From: Candidatus Stercorousia faecigallinarum
GTDB taxonomy: Bacteria > Cyanobacteriota > Vampirovibrionia > Gastranaerophilales > Gastranaerophilaceae
Assembly (NCBI GenBank): GCA_018715325.1
Contig: DVLV01000098.1
Location: 2,189-66,188, forward strand
DNA: 64,000 bases
Reading direction: 5' to 3'
Part shown: one piece after another, positions 35,498 to 44,902 of the stretch
Position numbering within the stretch: the first letter of the stretch is position 1
Layout: the number at the start of each line of letters is the position of its first letter
Notes under the pieces: model-generated
The model's input: only the letters and a program-made list of their open reading frames with translations
The model's database searches: none
What the model was told of the DNA's origin: nothing
Program-made: the position numbers and the translations under genes

Positions 35498-35933
35498 GAA
35501 AGAACATTATCACTTTTTAATTGATAAGGACGGTGCTATTCATTGCGGGAAGTTTAAACCTGAAGATAATGAAGTTTGCAAACCATATAAATATGCAGCG
35601 CATACCGGAGGCGGTAATACAGGAAGTATAGGTATTTCTTTATGTGCTATGGCGGGATTTATAAATAAATTGACAACCGGTAAATATCCGATTTTAAAGA
35701 AACAGTTTGAAAGTGCTATGGAGTTTTGTGCAAAACTGGTAAAAAAATACGATTTGGATATTACTCCGCAAACCGTAATGACACATTATGAATTCGGATT
35801 AAAAAATCCCAAAACATCATCAGCAGGTAAAATTGATATTATTTATCTGCCGCCTTATCCGTGGGTGTCAAAAGATGAAGTCGGCAGTTTTATACGCTCT
35901 AAAATTAAGTGGTACAAATCAAAAGGAGTTTAG
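35442..35933 (+). CDS. N-acetylmuramoyl-L-alanine amidase (Amidase_2/PGRP, T7-lysozyme-like endolysin)
   Basis: IIIHWTAG...EHYHFLID...AAHTGGGNTGSIGISLC...MTHYEF is the amidase_2 pattern. SD GAGGA upstream. Overlaps the 3' end of the LuxR ORF by 56 nt in another frame. Confidence 0.8.
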   Translation: MKRIIIHWTAGGYYPTDYEKEHYHFLIDKDGAIHCGKFKPEDNEVCKPYKYAAHTGGGNTGSIGISLCAMAGFINKLTTGKYPILKKQFESAMEFCAKLVKKYDLDITPQTVMTHYEFGLKNPKTSSAGKIDIIYLPPYPWVSKDEVGSFIRSKIKWYKSKGV

Positions 35934-35938
35934 AATTT

Positions 35939-37447
35939 ATGGAAGTTGCTTATTATAATTTAGCAGGAGGCATAAACCAGGCATTAACAAAAACAGAGCT
36001 TGGAATTGATACAAAAAAAGTTTGCTGGTCAGATGCAGAAAACGTTGAAATACTTCAAAACAGAGGAATTGTCAAACAAAAAGGCAATTCTTTATTTTTG
36101 GAAATAGGTGAAGAAATTACCGGGTTGGCTGAAATATCAGCTTATGACGTTAGTAAAATGTTAATAACTACCGTGTCCGGTAAGATATATATTTATGACG
36201 AAAATCATTCTAAAAAAACTTTGGTTGATAAAACTTTAAAGGGTGTAAAACCTGTATTTCTCAATTTTTTGAACGGCATCCTGGTTATGACTGAAGCCGA
36301 CGGTTTATTTTATATAAAAAACAATGCCGATTATGAAGTTGTGGAATGTAATCTTAAAGATTTGTCAAAAAATACCGTTACAGGGGCATCCATGGCAATT
36401 TATAAAGGCAGAGTTTGGGTTGCAAAAGATGCTGCCATCTATTATTCTGCTCTGGGAACTTATAATGATTTTACAACGGAAAATGATGCAGGGTATATTA
36501 ATGAGTTTCATACCGATACAGGTTCTATAACTGCTTTAAAACCATATAAGGATTATCTTGCCGTTTATAAAAAAGACAGTGTATATCTGCTTACGGGAAC
36601 AAGTCCTGATGATTTTGCAATTGTATTGTTCGCAAGTAAAGGGGCAGTCGGTGCAAATTCTATTGTTAACGTAGAAAATAAACAATATTTTTTAAGTAAC
36701 GGAATTTTTACCCTTGAACAAGCAGGAGAATTAAATCAAATTCAACTCGGAAGTGAAATTTCACAGAAAATAAAGCAGGAATTTTCATCTTTCGGCAAAC
36801 TTGAAAATACATTATGTCTTCATTATGAGACAAGAAGTCAGATGTGGTATTTCTTCCCTTACGCGGATGATACCTTCTTACATACGGTGTGGATTAATGA
36901 CTATGTTAACAAAGCCTGGTATAAACGTGTAATTCCGCAGGATATTGTGACTGCATGCATTTATAACGGGTCTGTATATACCGCAGATAAAGACGGAAAT
37001 ATTTATAAAGAAGATTTCGGCACTACATTTAACGGTAAGGCTGTAAAATTTATGTGGAAATCGCCTTTTCTTGCTCTCTCAAATCCGCATCACAGAAAAA
37101 TGATTGATGAATTTTATTTTCTTCTGGATACAGAACATGATAACGATTTTAACTTCTATGTTTGTAAGGACTACGACAGTGAATATTCGGATGATATAGA
37201 AAAGATTTATTCCATACACCGGGATCATTTAATCTGGGCAGACGATGAGACTTCAGATGATCTGCCGTGCCACTGGACACCTGAAGATGCAAGTGTTCCT
37301 GTTTGGTCGGTAAATAAAGACACAATGGAAAAAGCTGAAATTTCAGAAGCAAATTATTCCGTTCAACTTTGTGTTTCGGGAGAGGATATCACACAGTCCT
37401 GTGCAATTATAGGACTTCAGTTCAGAGAAGTCTATAACGACGATTAG
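35939..37447 (+). CDS. phage structural protein (possibly tail/adaptor; not identified)
   Basis: 503 aa starting at the ATG at 35939, after AAGGAG. It sits immediately upstream of the capsid gene and is predicted to be beta-rich. The assignment rests on context only. Confidence 0.45.
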   Translation: MEVAYYNLAGGINQALTKTELGIDTKKVCWSDAENVEILQNRGIVKQKGNSLFLEIGEEITGLAEISAYDVSKMLITTVSGKIYIYDENHSKKTLVDKTLKGVKPVFLNFLNGILVMTEADGLFYIKNNADYEVVECNLKDLSKNTVTGASMAIYKGRVWVAKDAAIYYSALGTYNDFTTENDAGYINEFHTDTGSITALKPYKDYLAVYKKDSVYLLTGTSPDDFAIVLFASKGAVGANSIVNVENKQYFLSNGIFTLEQAGELNQIQLGSEISQKIKQEFSSFGKLENTLCLHYETRSQMWYFFPYADDTFLHTVWINDYVNKAWYKRVIPQDIVTACIYNGSVYTADKDGNIYKEDFGTTFNGKAVKFMWKSPFLALSNPHHRKMIDEFYFLLDTEHDNDFNFYVCKDYDSEYSDDIEKIYSIHRDHLIWADDETSDDLPCHWTPEDASVPVWSVNKDTMEKAEISEANYSVQLCVSGEDITQSCAIIGLQFREVYNDD

Positions 37448-37509
37448 TTTTTTGAATAAATGCCGCTCATTTAATTTTTTGTAGTTAGAAAAAGAAAGGA
37501 AACAAAGAC

Positions 37510-38367
37510 ATGACAGACAATGCTTATTCTGCATTTATCCCTGAAATTTGGAGCCAAAAACTTAATTATATGCTTTCTAAAGATTGCGTAATGCTCCAAT
37601 GTGTAAACAGAAACTGGGAAGGTGAAATTAAAAATCAGGGTGACAAGGTTAAAATTATTACACCGGCTGACGTTGCGATTTCTACTTTAAGTACATCAAA
37701 TATTACTTATGACGAATTAGAACCGACTTCTCAAGACCTTGTAATTGATCAGAAAAAATTCTTTGCATTCAAAATTAATGATGTAGCTCAAGTTCAATCT
37801 AATGCTGACATAATGGAAGCTCATTTGAAAAATGCAAAAAAAGCTATTGAAGAAGTTCAAGATGCTTATATCCTATCGTTACATACAGAAGTTGATTCCA
37901 AAAATGTTGTAGGGGATGAAGAAACAGCGGTTACACTTGATAAATCAACTATTTATTCTAAATTTGTAGAGCTGGCTCTATGTTTGAAAAATTCAAATGC
38001 GGTATCTGCAGGTGTAAGACCATGGGTAGTTATTAACCCTGTAATTGAATCTTACTTATTGCAAAGTTCTGAATTTATCGGAGCTCATAATGTTGCCGAC
38101 GAAACTTTAAGGGAAGGTGCTATCGGAAGAATTGCAGGCATGGATGTTCTTGTAAGCACTAATTTAACTGATGTTTCAGGAAAATATTATGTTCTTGCAG
38201 GAACAAATGAAGCTATTACGTTTGCTTCTCAATTATCAAAAATTGAAAGCTTAAGAGATAAAGACAGTTTCTCAGACCTGGTAAGAGGATTATATTTATA
38301 CGGTGCAAAAGTTGTTCAGCCGAAAGCTCTTGCAAAAATGATAGTAGCTTCTGCTGCAGCGGCATAG
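37510..38367 (+). CDS. phage major capsid protein (P22-coat-like family)
   Basis: The N-terminus AFIPEIWSQKLNYML...VNRNWEGEIKNQGDKVKI resembles the conserved start of this coat-protein family. Size is 285 aa. SD AAAGGAAA upstream. Confidence 0.65.
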   Translation: MTDNAYSAFIPEIWSQKLNYMLSKDCVMLQCVNRNWEGEIKNQGDKVKIITPADVAISTLSTSNITYDELEPTSQDLVIDQKKFFAFKINDVAQVQSNADIMEAHLKNAKKAIEEVQDAYILSLHTEVDSKNVVGDEETAVTLDKSTIYSKFVELALCLKNSNAVSAGVRPWVVINPVIESYLLQSSEFIGAHNVADETLREGAIGRIAGMDVLVSTNLTDVSGKYYVLAGTNEAITFASQLSKIESLRDKDSFSDLVRGLYLYGAKVVQPKALAKMIVASAAAA

Positions 38368-38443
38368 CATTTATCCGTACCCCGTAATGCATCTTCGAAA
38401 AATCTTTTGAAGATGCATTATTAAACAATATATTGAGGTAATT

Positions 38444-38680
38444 ATGTTTAATAAATTAAAAGAAAAAATAAAAGAGCTTGCAAAGACTGCCGTTATAAAA
38501 GCTGAAGAAGCTTTAGGCAGCAGTAAAGGACAGCAGAAAAAGGAAATGGCTGTAAAATATGTTGTCGGCAGAATTCCTGTACCTGATTTTTTTAAGCCTT
38601 TAATCTCTGTACTGTTATCCTCTTTTATTGATGACGCAATTGAGCTTGCGGTAGAATATATGAAAAATGAGGTATTATAA
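38444..38680 (+). CDS. small phage protein, unknown function
   Basis: 78-aa ORF located in the head module, between the capsid gene and the Gln-rich ORF. Confidence 0.4.
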   Translation: MFNKLKEKIKELAKTAVIKAEEALGSSKGQQKKEMAVKYVVGRIPVPDFFKPLISVLLSSFIDDAIELAVEYMKNEVL

Positions 38681-38681
38681 A

Positions 38682-39335
38682 ATGAATGAACAAAATATAC
38701 AAAATATTTCATCCTATGCCGGTAATCAACAAGCGGCAGCCGGAGTGCAGCAGCCTTTAAATAACTATGCGGAAGTAATTAAACAAAAGGCTGTTAATGA
38801 TTTGAAAACTATTAAAAGTCTTGTGCAGACAGGTGTAATGACCCAAGAACAAGGACAAAATTTAATGAATTATGTTACTCAAAAGGCGTTTGAAAAGTAT
38901 ACATTAAGTCAACAGAACGGTCAGACATCTGCAGCCGCATTACTGCAGCCTGCAGCGCAAATGCAAAATCAGATGCAGGGAAGTATTCCGCCTGAATTTT
39001 TCAATAAAGACGGAAGAATTGATGTTTTTGAATATTTAAGAAACTCCAATGCTGTTTTTGATGAGGATGAACTCTCTAAAATCTCAGCTCTTGTGGAAAA
39101 TATTGAAAATAAAGCAGTTGAAAGATATTTGAGAGAATTACAGCACGAAAAAACATTAAACAGCGAAAATGAAACCGCAAAACAACGATTGAGAGCTAAC
39201 GCTCAAAACTCTGTTTGTGACGGTTTAAAAAATTTGGTTTTTACCCGTGAACAAATCGGCAAAATGAGCGGCGCAGAATTTGCTAAGCACGAACGTGCAA
39301 TTATGGACCAGTTGAAAAAAGGTCTTATAAAATAG
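38682..39335 (+). CDS. phage protein, Gln-rich/helical (scaffold-like, speculative)
   Basis: The ATG at 38682 lies just after the preceding stop. The composition is Gln-rich and helical, and the position is in the head module. Confidence 0.35.
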   Translation: MNEQNIQNISSYAGNQQAAAGVQQPLNNYAEVIKQKAVNDLKTIKSLVQTGVMTQEQGQNLMNYVTQKAFEKYTLSQQNGQTSAAALLQPAAQMQNQMQGSIPPEFFNKDGRIDVFEYLRNSNAVFDEDELSKISALVENIENKAVERYLRELQHEKTLNSENETAKQRLRANAQNSVCDGLKNLVFTREQIGKMSGAEFAKHERAIMDQLKKGLIK

Positions 39336-39364
39336 CAATATTCAAAAAAAATCTTTAATGAAAA

Positions 39365-39389
39365 AACAGTCTTTTTAAGGCTGTTTTTT
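39365..39389 (+). terminator. probable rho-independent terminator
   Basis: AACAG(tc)...(gg)CTGTT stem followed by a T-run. Confidence 0.4.
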
Positions 39390-39414
39390 CTTAAAGATTG
39401 AAGAAAGGAAATTT

Positions 39415-40053
39415 ATGAATTATTTAGAACTTATTAACAAATGTCTTGTTGAATTAAATTATAAACAAGTCAGTGCATTTTCAGAGCTCACTAAAAATGA
39501 CCACAAAAAATTAAAAAATATTCTTAATATATTAAATACAGAAATTTGCGGTTTCGACAGGTGGAATTTTCTTCTTCGTAAAACAAAAATTGTTTTACCT
39601 AAAAATACCTGCGAAGTTGAAAATTCTATCGACGGAAGGATTGAAGCATTAATTGCGGATGGAGTGAAACTTGAATATTATGAAGATTTTGAAACGTTTT
39701 TTGTTAATAATCAGCCTCAAAATACGTATAGTTTATTTAATGATAAGATTTTGCTGCCGATTTTTAATAAAGACAAAGATATAGAAGTATTGTATTATAC
39801 AAAGAATTGTGCAAAGAATTTGGATGGTGTTGAAAAACTTTTAATGGAGAATGCGGAAGACACTACTCTTATCCCTGATAACTTTGCCGAACCTCTTCTT
39901 GTCTACGGGGCATGTATGCGTTTAAAGGGAAACCCTCAGCATGTACGCTTCAGTTACTGGTACAGCATGTATAAAGATGCTCTCGCAAATATGCGTTCAA
40001 GAATTTCTTCAAGTATGGATGATACCCCGTCGGTAAAGTTATACAGAAGGTAA
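39415..40053 (+). CDS. phage hypothetical protein
   Basis: 212-aa ORF with SD GAAAGGAAA upstream. Located in the head module. Confidence 0.4.
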   Translation: MNYLELINKCLVELNYKQVSAFSELTKNDHKKLKNILNILNTEICGFDRWNFLLRKTKIVLPKNTCEVENSIDGRIEALIADGVKLEYYEDFETFFVNNQPQNTYSLFNDKILLPIFNKDKDIEVLYYTKNCAKNLDGVEKLLMENAEDTTLIPDNFAEPLLVYGACMRLKGNPQHVRFSYWYSMYKDALANMRSRISSSMDDTPSVKLYRR

Positions 40054-40232
40054 TGTGTTCATAACGTATTCAGGCAAAAAAAACAGGAAGTTTAAAATTC
40101 ATTTTCCCCTCCTGTTAAGATTTACACTAGCCGAAATATAAATAGCATGTTTATTATACAATTTTTTTTCAAAAAATTCAAATTCTACAAAGATTTGTAA
40201 AGAAAAATACATAATTTATACCCATTAAGACA

Positions 40233-40667
40233 ATGAAACATTTAACCAAACAACAAAAAAAATTTGTTACGGAATATATAAAATCCCTTAACGGCGAGCT
40301 TTCTGCCCAAAAGGCAGGTTATAAATCCAAGGACTTAAAAGAAACAGCATCGATACTTTTATCACAGGATGTGATTATTAAAGAGATTAAATTTCAACTT
40401 AATAATCAGATTAACTCTTTAAGAGTTAATAAAGGGTATGTAATCCAAAAACTTTTGCAGATTGCAGAGTTTTCTCTAGAAGAAGAAGACATTCTGGATA
40501 AAGAAGGTTGTATTACGGGTAAGAAGAAACTTCGTGATACATCTGCCGGTTTGAAAGCTCTTGAAAGTTTATGCAAGTATTTGGGATTTAACTCTGATCA
40601 GGACGAGGAAGAATATAAGTCTGCAAAGATAATAACTATTTCTAATCTTGATGACAGTAAAATTTAA
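40233..40667 (+). CDS. phage terminase small subunit
   Basis: LTKQQKKFVTEYIKSLNGELSAQKAGYKSKD matches the conserved N-terminal HTH of the Terminase_2-type small subunit. Confidence 0.7.
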   Translation: MKHLTKQQKKFVTEYIKSLNGELSAQKAGYKSKDLKETASILLSQDVIIKEIKFQLNNQINSLRVNKGYVIQKLLQIAEFSLEEEDILDKEGCITGKKKLRDTSAGLKALESLCKYLGFNSDQDEEEYKSAKIITISNLDDSKI

Positions 40668-40683
40668 CAAAGGAGATTTTTTT

Positions 40684-41034
40684 ATGAAAAATAACGACGC
40701 AGAAGAAAGGCTTTTAAACAATGCCTCTCTTGATGACCTTATTAAGATGAAAATTGAAAAAGAATTTATTGAAGATTTGAAAAAATCAAAAGAAAAAATT
40801 CCCCCGAAAGTATATACAAATATAAAAGATATACCTTCGGATAAAGTTTTTTCAAAAGTTTCGGTATTCAGATATTTCAACCGTAAGACAAAATGCGAAA
40901 CCTTTGTAAACGGAATTCAGGCAGATGCTCTGATAGGAATTCAAAATAACATCAGAGAGAAAATGTTAAAAGGAGAACTTAATGCTTTTACGACAGAAAC
41001 TGCTTATGTGAAGTTTGAGAAAGCGGTATTTTAA
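40684..41034 (+). CDS. phage hypothetical protein
   Basis: The ATG at 40684 follows AAGGAG. The track start at 40648 lacks an SD. Confidence 0.4.
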   Translation: MKNNDAEERLLNNASLDDLIKMKIEKEFIEDLKKSKEKIPPKVYTNIKDIPSDKVFSKVSVFRYFNRKTKCETFVNGIQADALIGIQNNIREKMLKGELNAFTTETAYVKFEKAVF

Positions 41035-41546
41035 TGGCTGAATTCCGAAATCCTTTTGATAATCCTGCTTTTTTTGAGCAGGCTTTATTTTTATATACAA
41101 AATATTTGAAATATCTTGAAGATGATTATGCTTTTAATGGTTCGAATGTGTATGATTATTTCTTTAGTCTTATACAAAGAACTTATCCCTTCTGTTTTGT
41201 AATAACAGAAGGGAATATAGTTAGCGGCTTTGTCTACTTAGATAATATTATCGGTGATAGTAAAACTTTGCATAGTGCAGAGTTAACAACTTGTTTTGAT
41301 AAACGTTTTTGGGGTAGCTATACAAAGGAATGTGCGAAATTTTTTATAAATTACTGTTTTCAACATTACGGTTTTCAAAAGATTAAAGCTCTTGTTTACC
41401 CTGATAATTCCAGAGTTAAAACTCTTTTAAAAAATGCCGGTTTTGTAAAAGAAGCCTTGCTTAAAAGCGAAACATTGAGAAAAGGACAGTTACAGGATAT
41501 TGAGTTGTACTCGGTCTTTAAAAATAAGACAACAAAAAATAATTAA
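41034..41546 (+). CDS. GNAT-family N-acetyltransferase (RimJ/RimL-like) inside the phage packaging module
   Basis: ...FDKRFWGSYTKECAKFFINYCFQHYGFQKIKALVYPDNSRVKTLLKNAGFVKEALL is a typical GNAT core and C-terminal block. Confidence 0.75.
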   Translation: MAEFRNPFDNPAFFEQALFLYTKYLKYLEDDYAFNGSNVYDYFFSLIQRTYPFCFVITEGNIVSGFVYLDNIIGDSKTLHSAELTTCFDKRFWGSYTKECAKFFINYCFQHYGFQKIKALVYPDNSRVKTLLKNAGFVKEALLKSETLRKGQLQDIELYSVFKNKTTKNN

Positions 41547-41561
41547 TAAAGGTGGTAAAAA

Positions 41562-43220
41562 ATGAAGATAGAAACAGAAGATTTAACACAGAAACTTTCT
41601 GATACTGAAGAAAGATTTTTGGTTTCAAGTATCACGGAAAAGTATGACAAATTTAATGACCAAAGAAGTGCACAGCTTACTGATATAAAACTAGTAAGAG
41701 ATGCAATATATAATTCGGATGTTCCGAAAATTAACGGCTGGGATAACAGGGTGGAACTCCCTGACATATATGAACTTGCTCAAACACTCAAATCTCATAT
41801 AAGTGAAAATTTATATTCACATCCTGATGCGATGTTTGATGTTTCTGGAACTACTCCGCAAACTCAGGGTTATGCCAATAAACAAAAAGCAATGCTTGTA
41901 AATACTTTTGAACAGATGAATATTGAAGATGAAATAGAAAAAGTAATTGACAGCATTGTCGAAACCGGAGAAAGCACTCTTTTTGTCGGCTGGGAAACAA
42001 AGATTAAGACAGTAAGACGGGCAAAAACTATTGAAGAACAAATTCTTAAACCTGATAAAAAAGGGTTTACAATAGATGAAAAAGTAATTTATGATAACGC
42101 AAAAGTTAAACACATAAAATCAGAAGATTTTGTATTTGATAAATTTAATAAAGATAACTGGGATAAGTGTGCAAAAATTTACAGAACATATTCAACAATA
42201 GATGAATTATATTCTGATAAATCAAATAATTGTTTGGATGATAGAAAATTGGAAATATTGAAAGGGGTGGTGGCATCAAGAAAATCTCAAAATAATGATG
42301 AAAATGCTGTTGAAGGGAAAAAGGTAGAAATTTTAGAATTCTGGGGAGATATTGAACTATCTGACGGTACACTTCTTAAAAATTGGTTAATCGTAGTTGC
42401 CGCAAGACGAGAAGTTATCCGTTTTGAAAGCAACCCTTTTGTAATAAATCCTTTTATTCATGCAAATATTATTGAATCTCCAAGGACAGGAAGAGGTATT
42501 TCTCCATTAAGAGTAGCTCTAATTTTAAACAGTCTTGCATCAACAATTTTAAATAAACAGATAGATGCTTTAACTTTGATGATGAATCCTCCATATCTTG
42601 CACCTAAAGGCTGTTTTAAAGGCCAGCAGGACGTAAAACCGGGAAAAATTATTGAATATGATGCGGCATTAATGCCGACGGCTCCGACACCTTTAGCTTT
42701 TGATAAAGCTATGGTGGGCTGGGATTTCTTAAACTATTTTAAATCAACAATAGAAAGTGCAACAGGAATTTTCAAGAATATGGCCGGCAATCTTCAATCT
42801 GCAGAACGAACTGCAACAGAACTGAATTATTCCGTAAGCGGTCAGGAAGCACGATTAAACATGATATTGGATTCCATAAATCGAAAAATTATTGTTCCAA
42901 TGGTTGAAAAAACAGCTGAGATAATCTCTAATTTTAAACTCGGTAAAGAATTAATCGGAGTAAATGACAGAGGCAAAACAAGCTTTATGGAAATTGATGA
43001 TAATGTAAGAAATGGTAATTACATATATCGTTATGGCGACAGAAGAGCTTCTTTTGAAAGAAAAATGAGATTGAAGGAATTATTTGAAGTTGTTCAGTCT
43101 TTTGCTCAGGTTCCTGAAGTAGAGCAAAAAATAGATTGGCTGGAATGCTTTAAATTTGCACTTGAACAGTACGGAATAGAAAACGCAAATAACTTTTTAA
43201 TCAGTGAAGATAAATCATAG
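41562..43220 (+). CDS. phage portal protein (probable)
   Basis: 552 aa, a typical portal size, positioned in the packaging module between TerS and TerL. No motif-level proof. Confidence 0.5.
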   Translation: MKIETEDLTQKLSDTEERFLVSSITEKYDKFNDQRSAQLTDIKLVRDAIYNSDVPKINGWDNRVELPDIYELAQTLKSHISENLYSHPDAMFDVSGTTPQTQGYANKQKAMLVNTFEQMNIEDEIEKVIDSIVETGESTLFVGWETKIKTVRRAKTIEEQILKPDKKGFTIDEKVIYDNAKVKHIKSEDFVFDKFNKDNWDKCAKIYRTYSTIDELYSDKSNNCLDDRKLEILKGVVASRKSQNNDENAVEGKKVEILEFWGDIELSDGTLLKNWLIVVAARREVIRFESNPFVINPFIHANIIESPRTGRGISPLRVALILNSLASTILNKQIDALTLMMNPPYLAPKGCFKGQQDVKPGKIIEYDAALMPTAPTPLAFDKAMVGWDFLNYFKSTIESATGIFKNMAGNLQSAERTATELNYSVSGQEARLNMILDSINRKIIVPMVEKTAEIISNFKLGKELIGVNDRGKTSFMEIDDNVRNGNYIYRYGDRRASFERKMRLKELFEVVQSFAQVPEVEQKIDWLECFKFALEQYGIENANNFLISEDKS

Positions 43221-43298
43221 TGCCGCATTTGCGGCACTATAAAAAACAACTAAAAGTATTATATACAAATAGTCCTTTTTTAGTAAAATAATATTATT

Positions 43299-43763
43299 AT
43301 GAAGAAAATAATTTTACTAATAATGTTAATACTCTTTCAAATGCCTGTCTTTAGTGAGGACTTTCCCCCTTTTGGTGCAGGGATTGAAGTAACCAAAGAA
43401 ACAAACCCAATATACTGGGGGTACTTTGAAGATTACGCATCCTTACTTAAAGAAGCTCTTGAAGCCAGTCATATGTTTCGTCTTCGCGGCTGGGGCTCGA
43501 GCTGTGAGTTTATAGTGACCCGTAATAGAGAAATAAATGGAATTAAAACATCAGTATTTCAAAATGATTATTTTGATGAGAAAGTAAAAAATATAATCTT
43601 ATCAGTGAAACCTTTACCATTTCGTGAAGGAATGAATATGGATGAAATGCGTTTTCGAGTATATCTTGGTTATGAAAAGTATAATGAAATTAGTATAAGT
43701 GTTGGCAGTTCTTTTGTAGATAATAAAAAAACATTTAGTTTAATGATAATAACAAGTAAATAG
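43299..43763 (+). CDS. secreted hypothetical protein (cargo gene)
   Basis: Signal peptide MKKIILLIMLILFQMPVFS. Followed by its own terminator. Interrupts the portal-to-TerL order. Confidence 0.5.
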   Translation: MKKIILLIMLILFQMPVFSEDFPPFGAGIEVTKETNPIYWGYFEDYASLLKEALEASHMFRLRGWGSSCEFIVTRNREINGIKTSVFQNDYFDEKVKNIILSVKPLPFREGMNMDEMRFRVYLGYEKYNEISISVGSSFVDNKKTFSLMIITSK

Positions 43764-43793
43764 TTAAGAATAGCTGAGAAGTATGATTATTTC

Positions 43794-43821
43794 AAACCGC
43801 TGAAAACAGCGGTTTTATTTT
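43794..43821 (+). terminator. rho-independent terminator
   Basis: AAACCGCTG-aaaa-CAGCGGTTT stem followed by TATTTT. Confidence 0.65.
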
Positions 43822-43851
43822 AATGTGAAAAAAATAGAAAGGAATGTAAAC

Positions 43852-44886
43852 ATGAACAAACATGCAATGGCTAACGAATACAAAATTTTATGTTCTGAGG
43901 CAAATTCAATGGTTAAAATGAAAAACGGTGCAGTAACATCAAACGGTTGGACAAAAGTTGACGGTGAATATGACCGTCCTAGCAACTTTAAAGCAGTTCT
44001 TTATGAAAAGAACGGACAATATGCACTTTGTTTTGTAGGAACAGACAGGTTCAGTGCAAAAGACTGGGGTGCAAATGCTAAAATGGCTCTGACTGGGGAT
44101 AGTAAACAAATTGAATTGGCTCAAGATTTTGCAGAGAAAATGAGAGATAAACATGGTTTAAATACAGAAAATACTCAATCAATCGGACATTCTGAAGGCG
44201 GAACAGAGGCAACTGTTGTTGGTATCCAATATGGATTACAAACCACAACTTTTAATGCGTATGGTGTCGGCAAAAAATATATAGAGCCCGGCAAAAATTA
44301 TAATAACATTAATAATTACAGAGACCCGCATGACCCTGTTTCGAAACTACGAGAAAATGTTGGAACAACATATATTACTCCAAATTTACAAAACGAATTT
44401 ATGGCAAAATCTCCATTCGGTTTTATTCCGGCACATGCAATAGATAATATGGGAGATTGTATGCAGTCTGTACCTGTTGATGAATATAAAAAATCTCATC
44501 CGTTCTTTATTAATAAAATTTCTGATGCAAATATTTCAAGACAGGATATTGCAAACATGGATCCTGATTTATTTAAAGTTTATGAAAAAGAAATTGATAA
44601 TCGTATGGCAAGCAACAGTATTTATGATTTTCGTCAGGAAAATTCTCCAAATCCTTTTGGCTGGTTTGGTCGTGATGTTATTGATGAGCAAGGCGGACTT
44701 ATTGGTAATGATAAATATTCTCAGTATAATAAGTATTTTTCAAATCCGAATAGTACAGGAAATAACAGCAAAAGACAAACTTCTGAAAAATCATCTCATA
44801 AGTCATCTTCAGGCAAAAGTTCAGGCAGTTCTTCAGAAGGAAAGTGGGTTACTATTAACGGAAATCACGTTTTAATTAAAGATTAA
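43852..44886 (+). CDS. alpha/beta-hydrolase, lipase class-3-like protein with Ser-rich C-terminal linker (cargo gene)
   Basis: The nucleophile elbow GHSEGG follows FKAVLYEKNGQYALCFVGTD. The C-terminus is SSHKSSSGKSSGSSSEGKWVTINGNHVLIKD. The ATG at 43852 follows GAAAGGAA. Confidence 0.55.
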   Translation: MNKHAMANEYKILCSEANSMVKMKNGAVTSNGWTKVDGEYDRPSNFKAVLYEKNGQYALCFVGTDRFSAKDWGANAKMALTGDSKQIELAQDFAEKMRDKHGLNTENTQSIGHSEGGTEATVVGIQYGLQTTTFNAYGVGKKYIEPGKNYNNINNYRDPHDPVSKLRENVGTTYITPNLQNEFMAKSPFGFIPAHAIDNMGDCMQSVPVDEYKKSHPFFINKISDANISRQDIANMDPDLFKVYEKEIDNRMASNSIYDFRQENSPNPFGWFGRDVIDEQGGLIGNDKYSQYNKYFSNPNSTGNNSKRQTSEKSSHKSSSGKSSGSSSEGKWVTINGNHVLIKD

Positions 44887-44902
44887 TGAGTTACAGGGGA
44901 TT

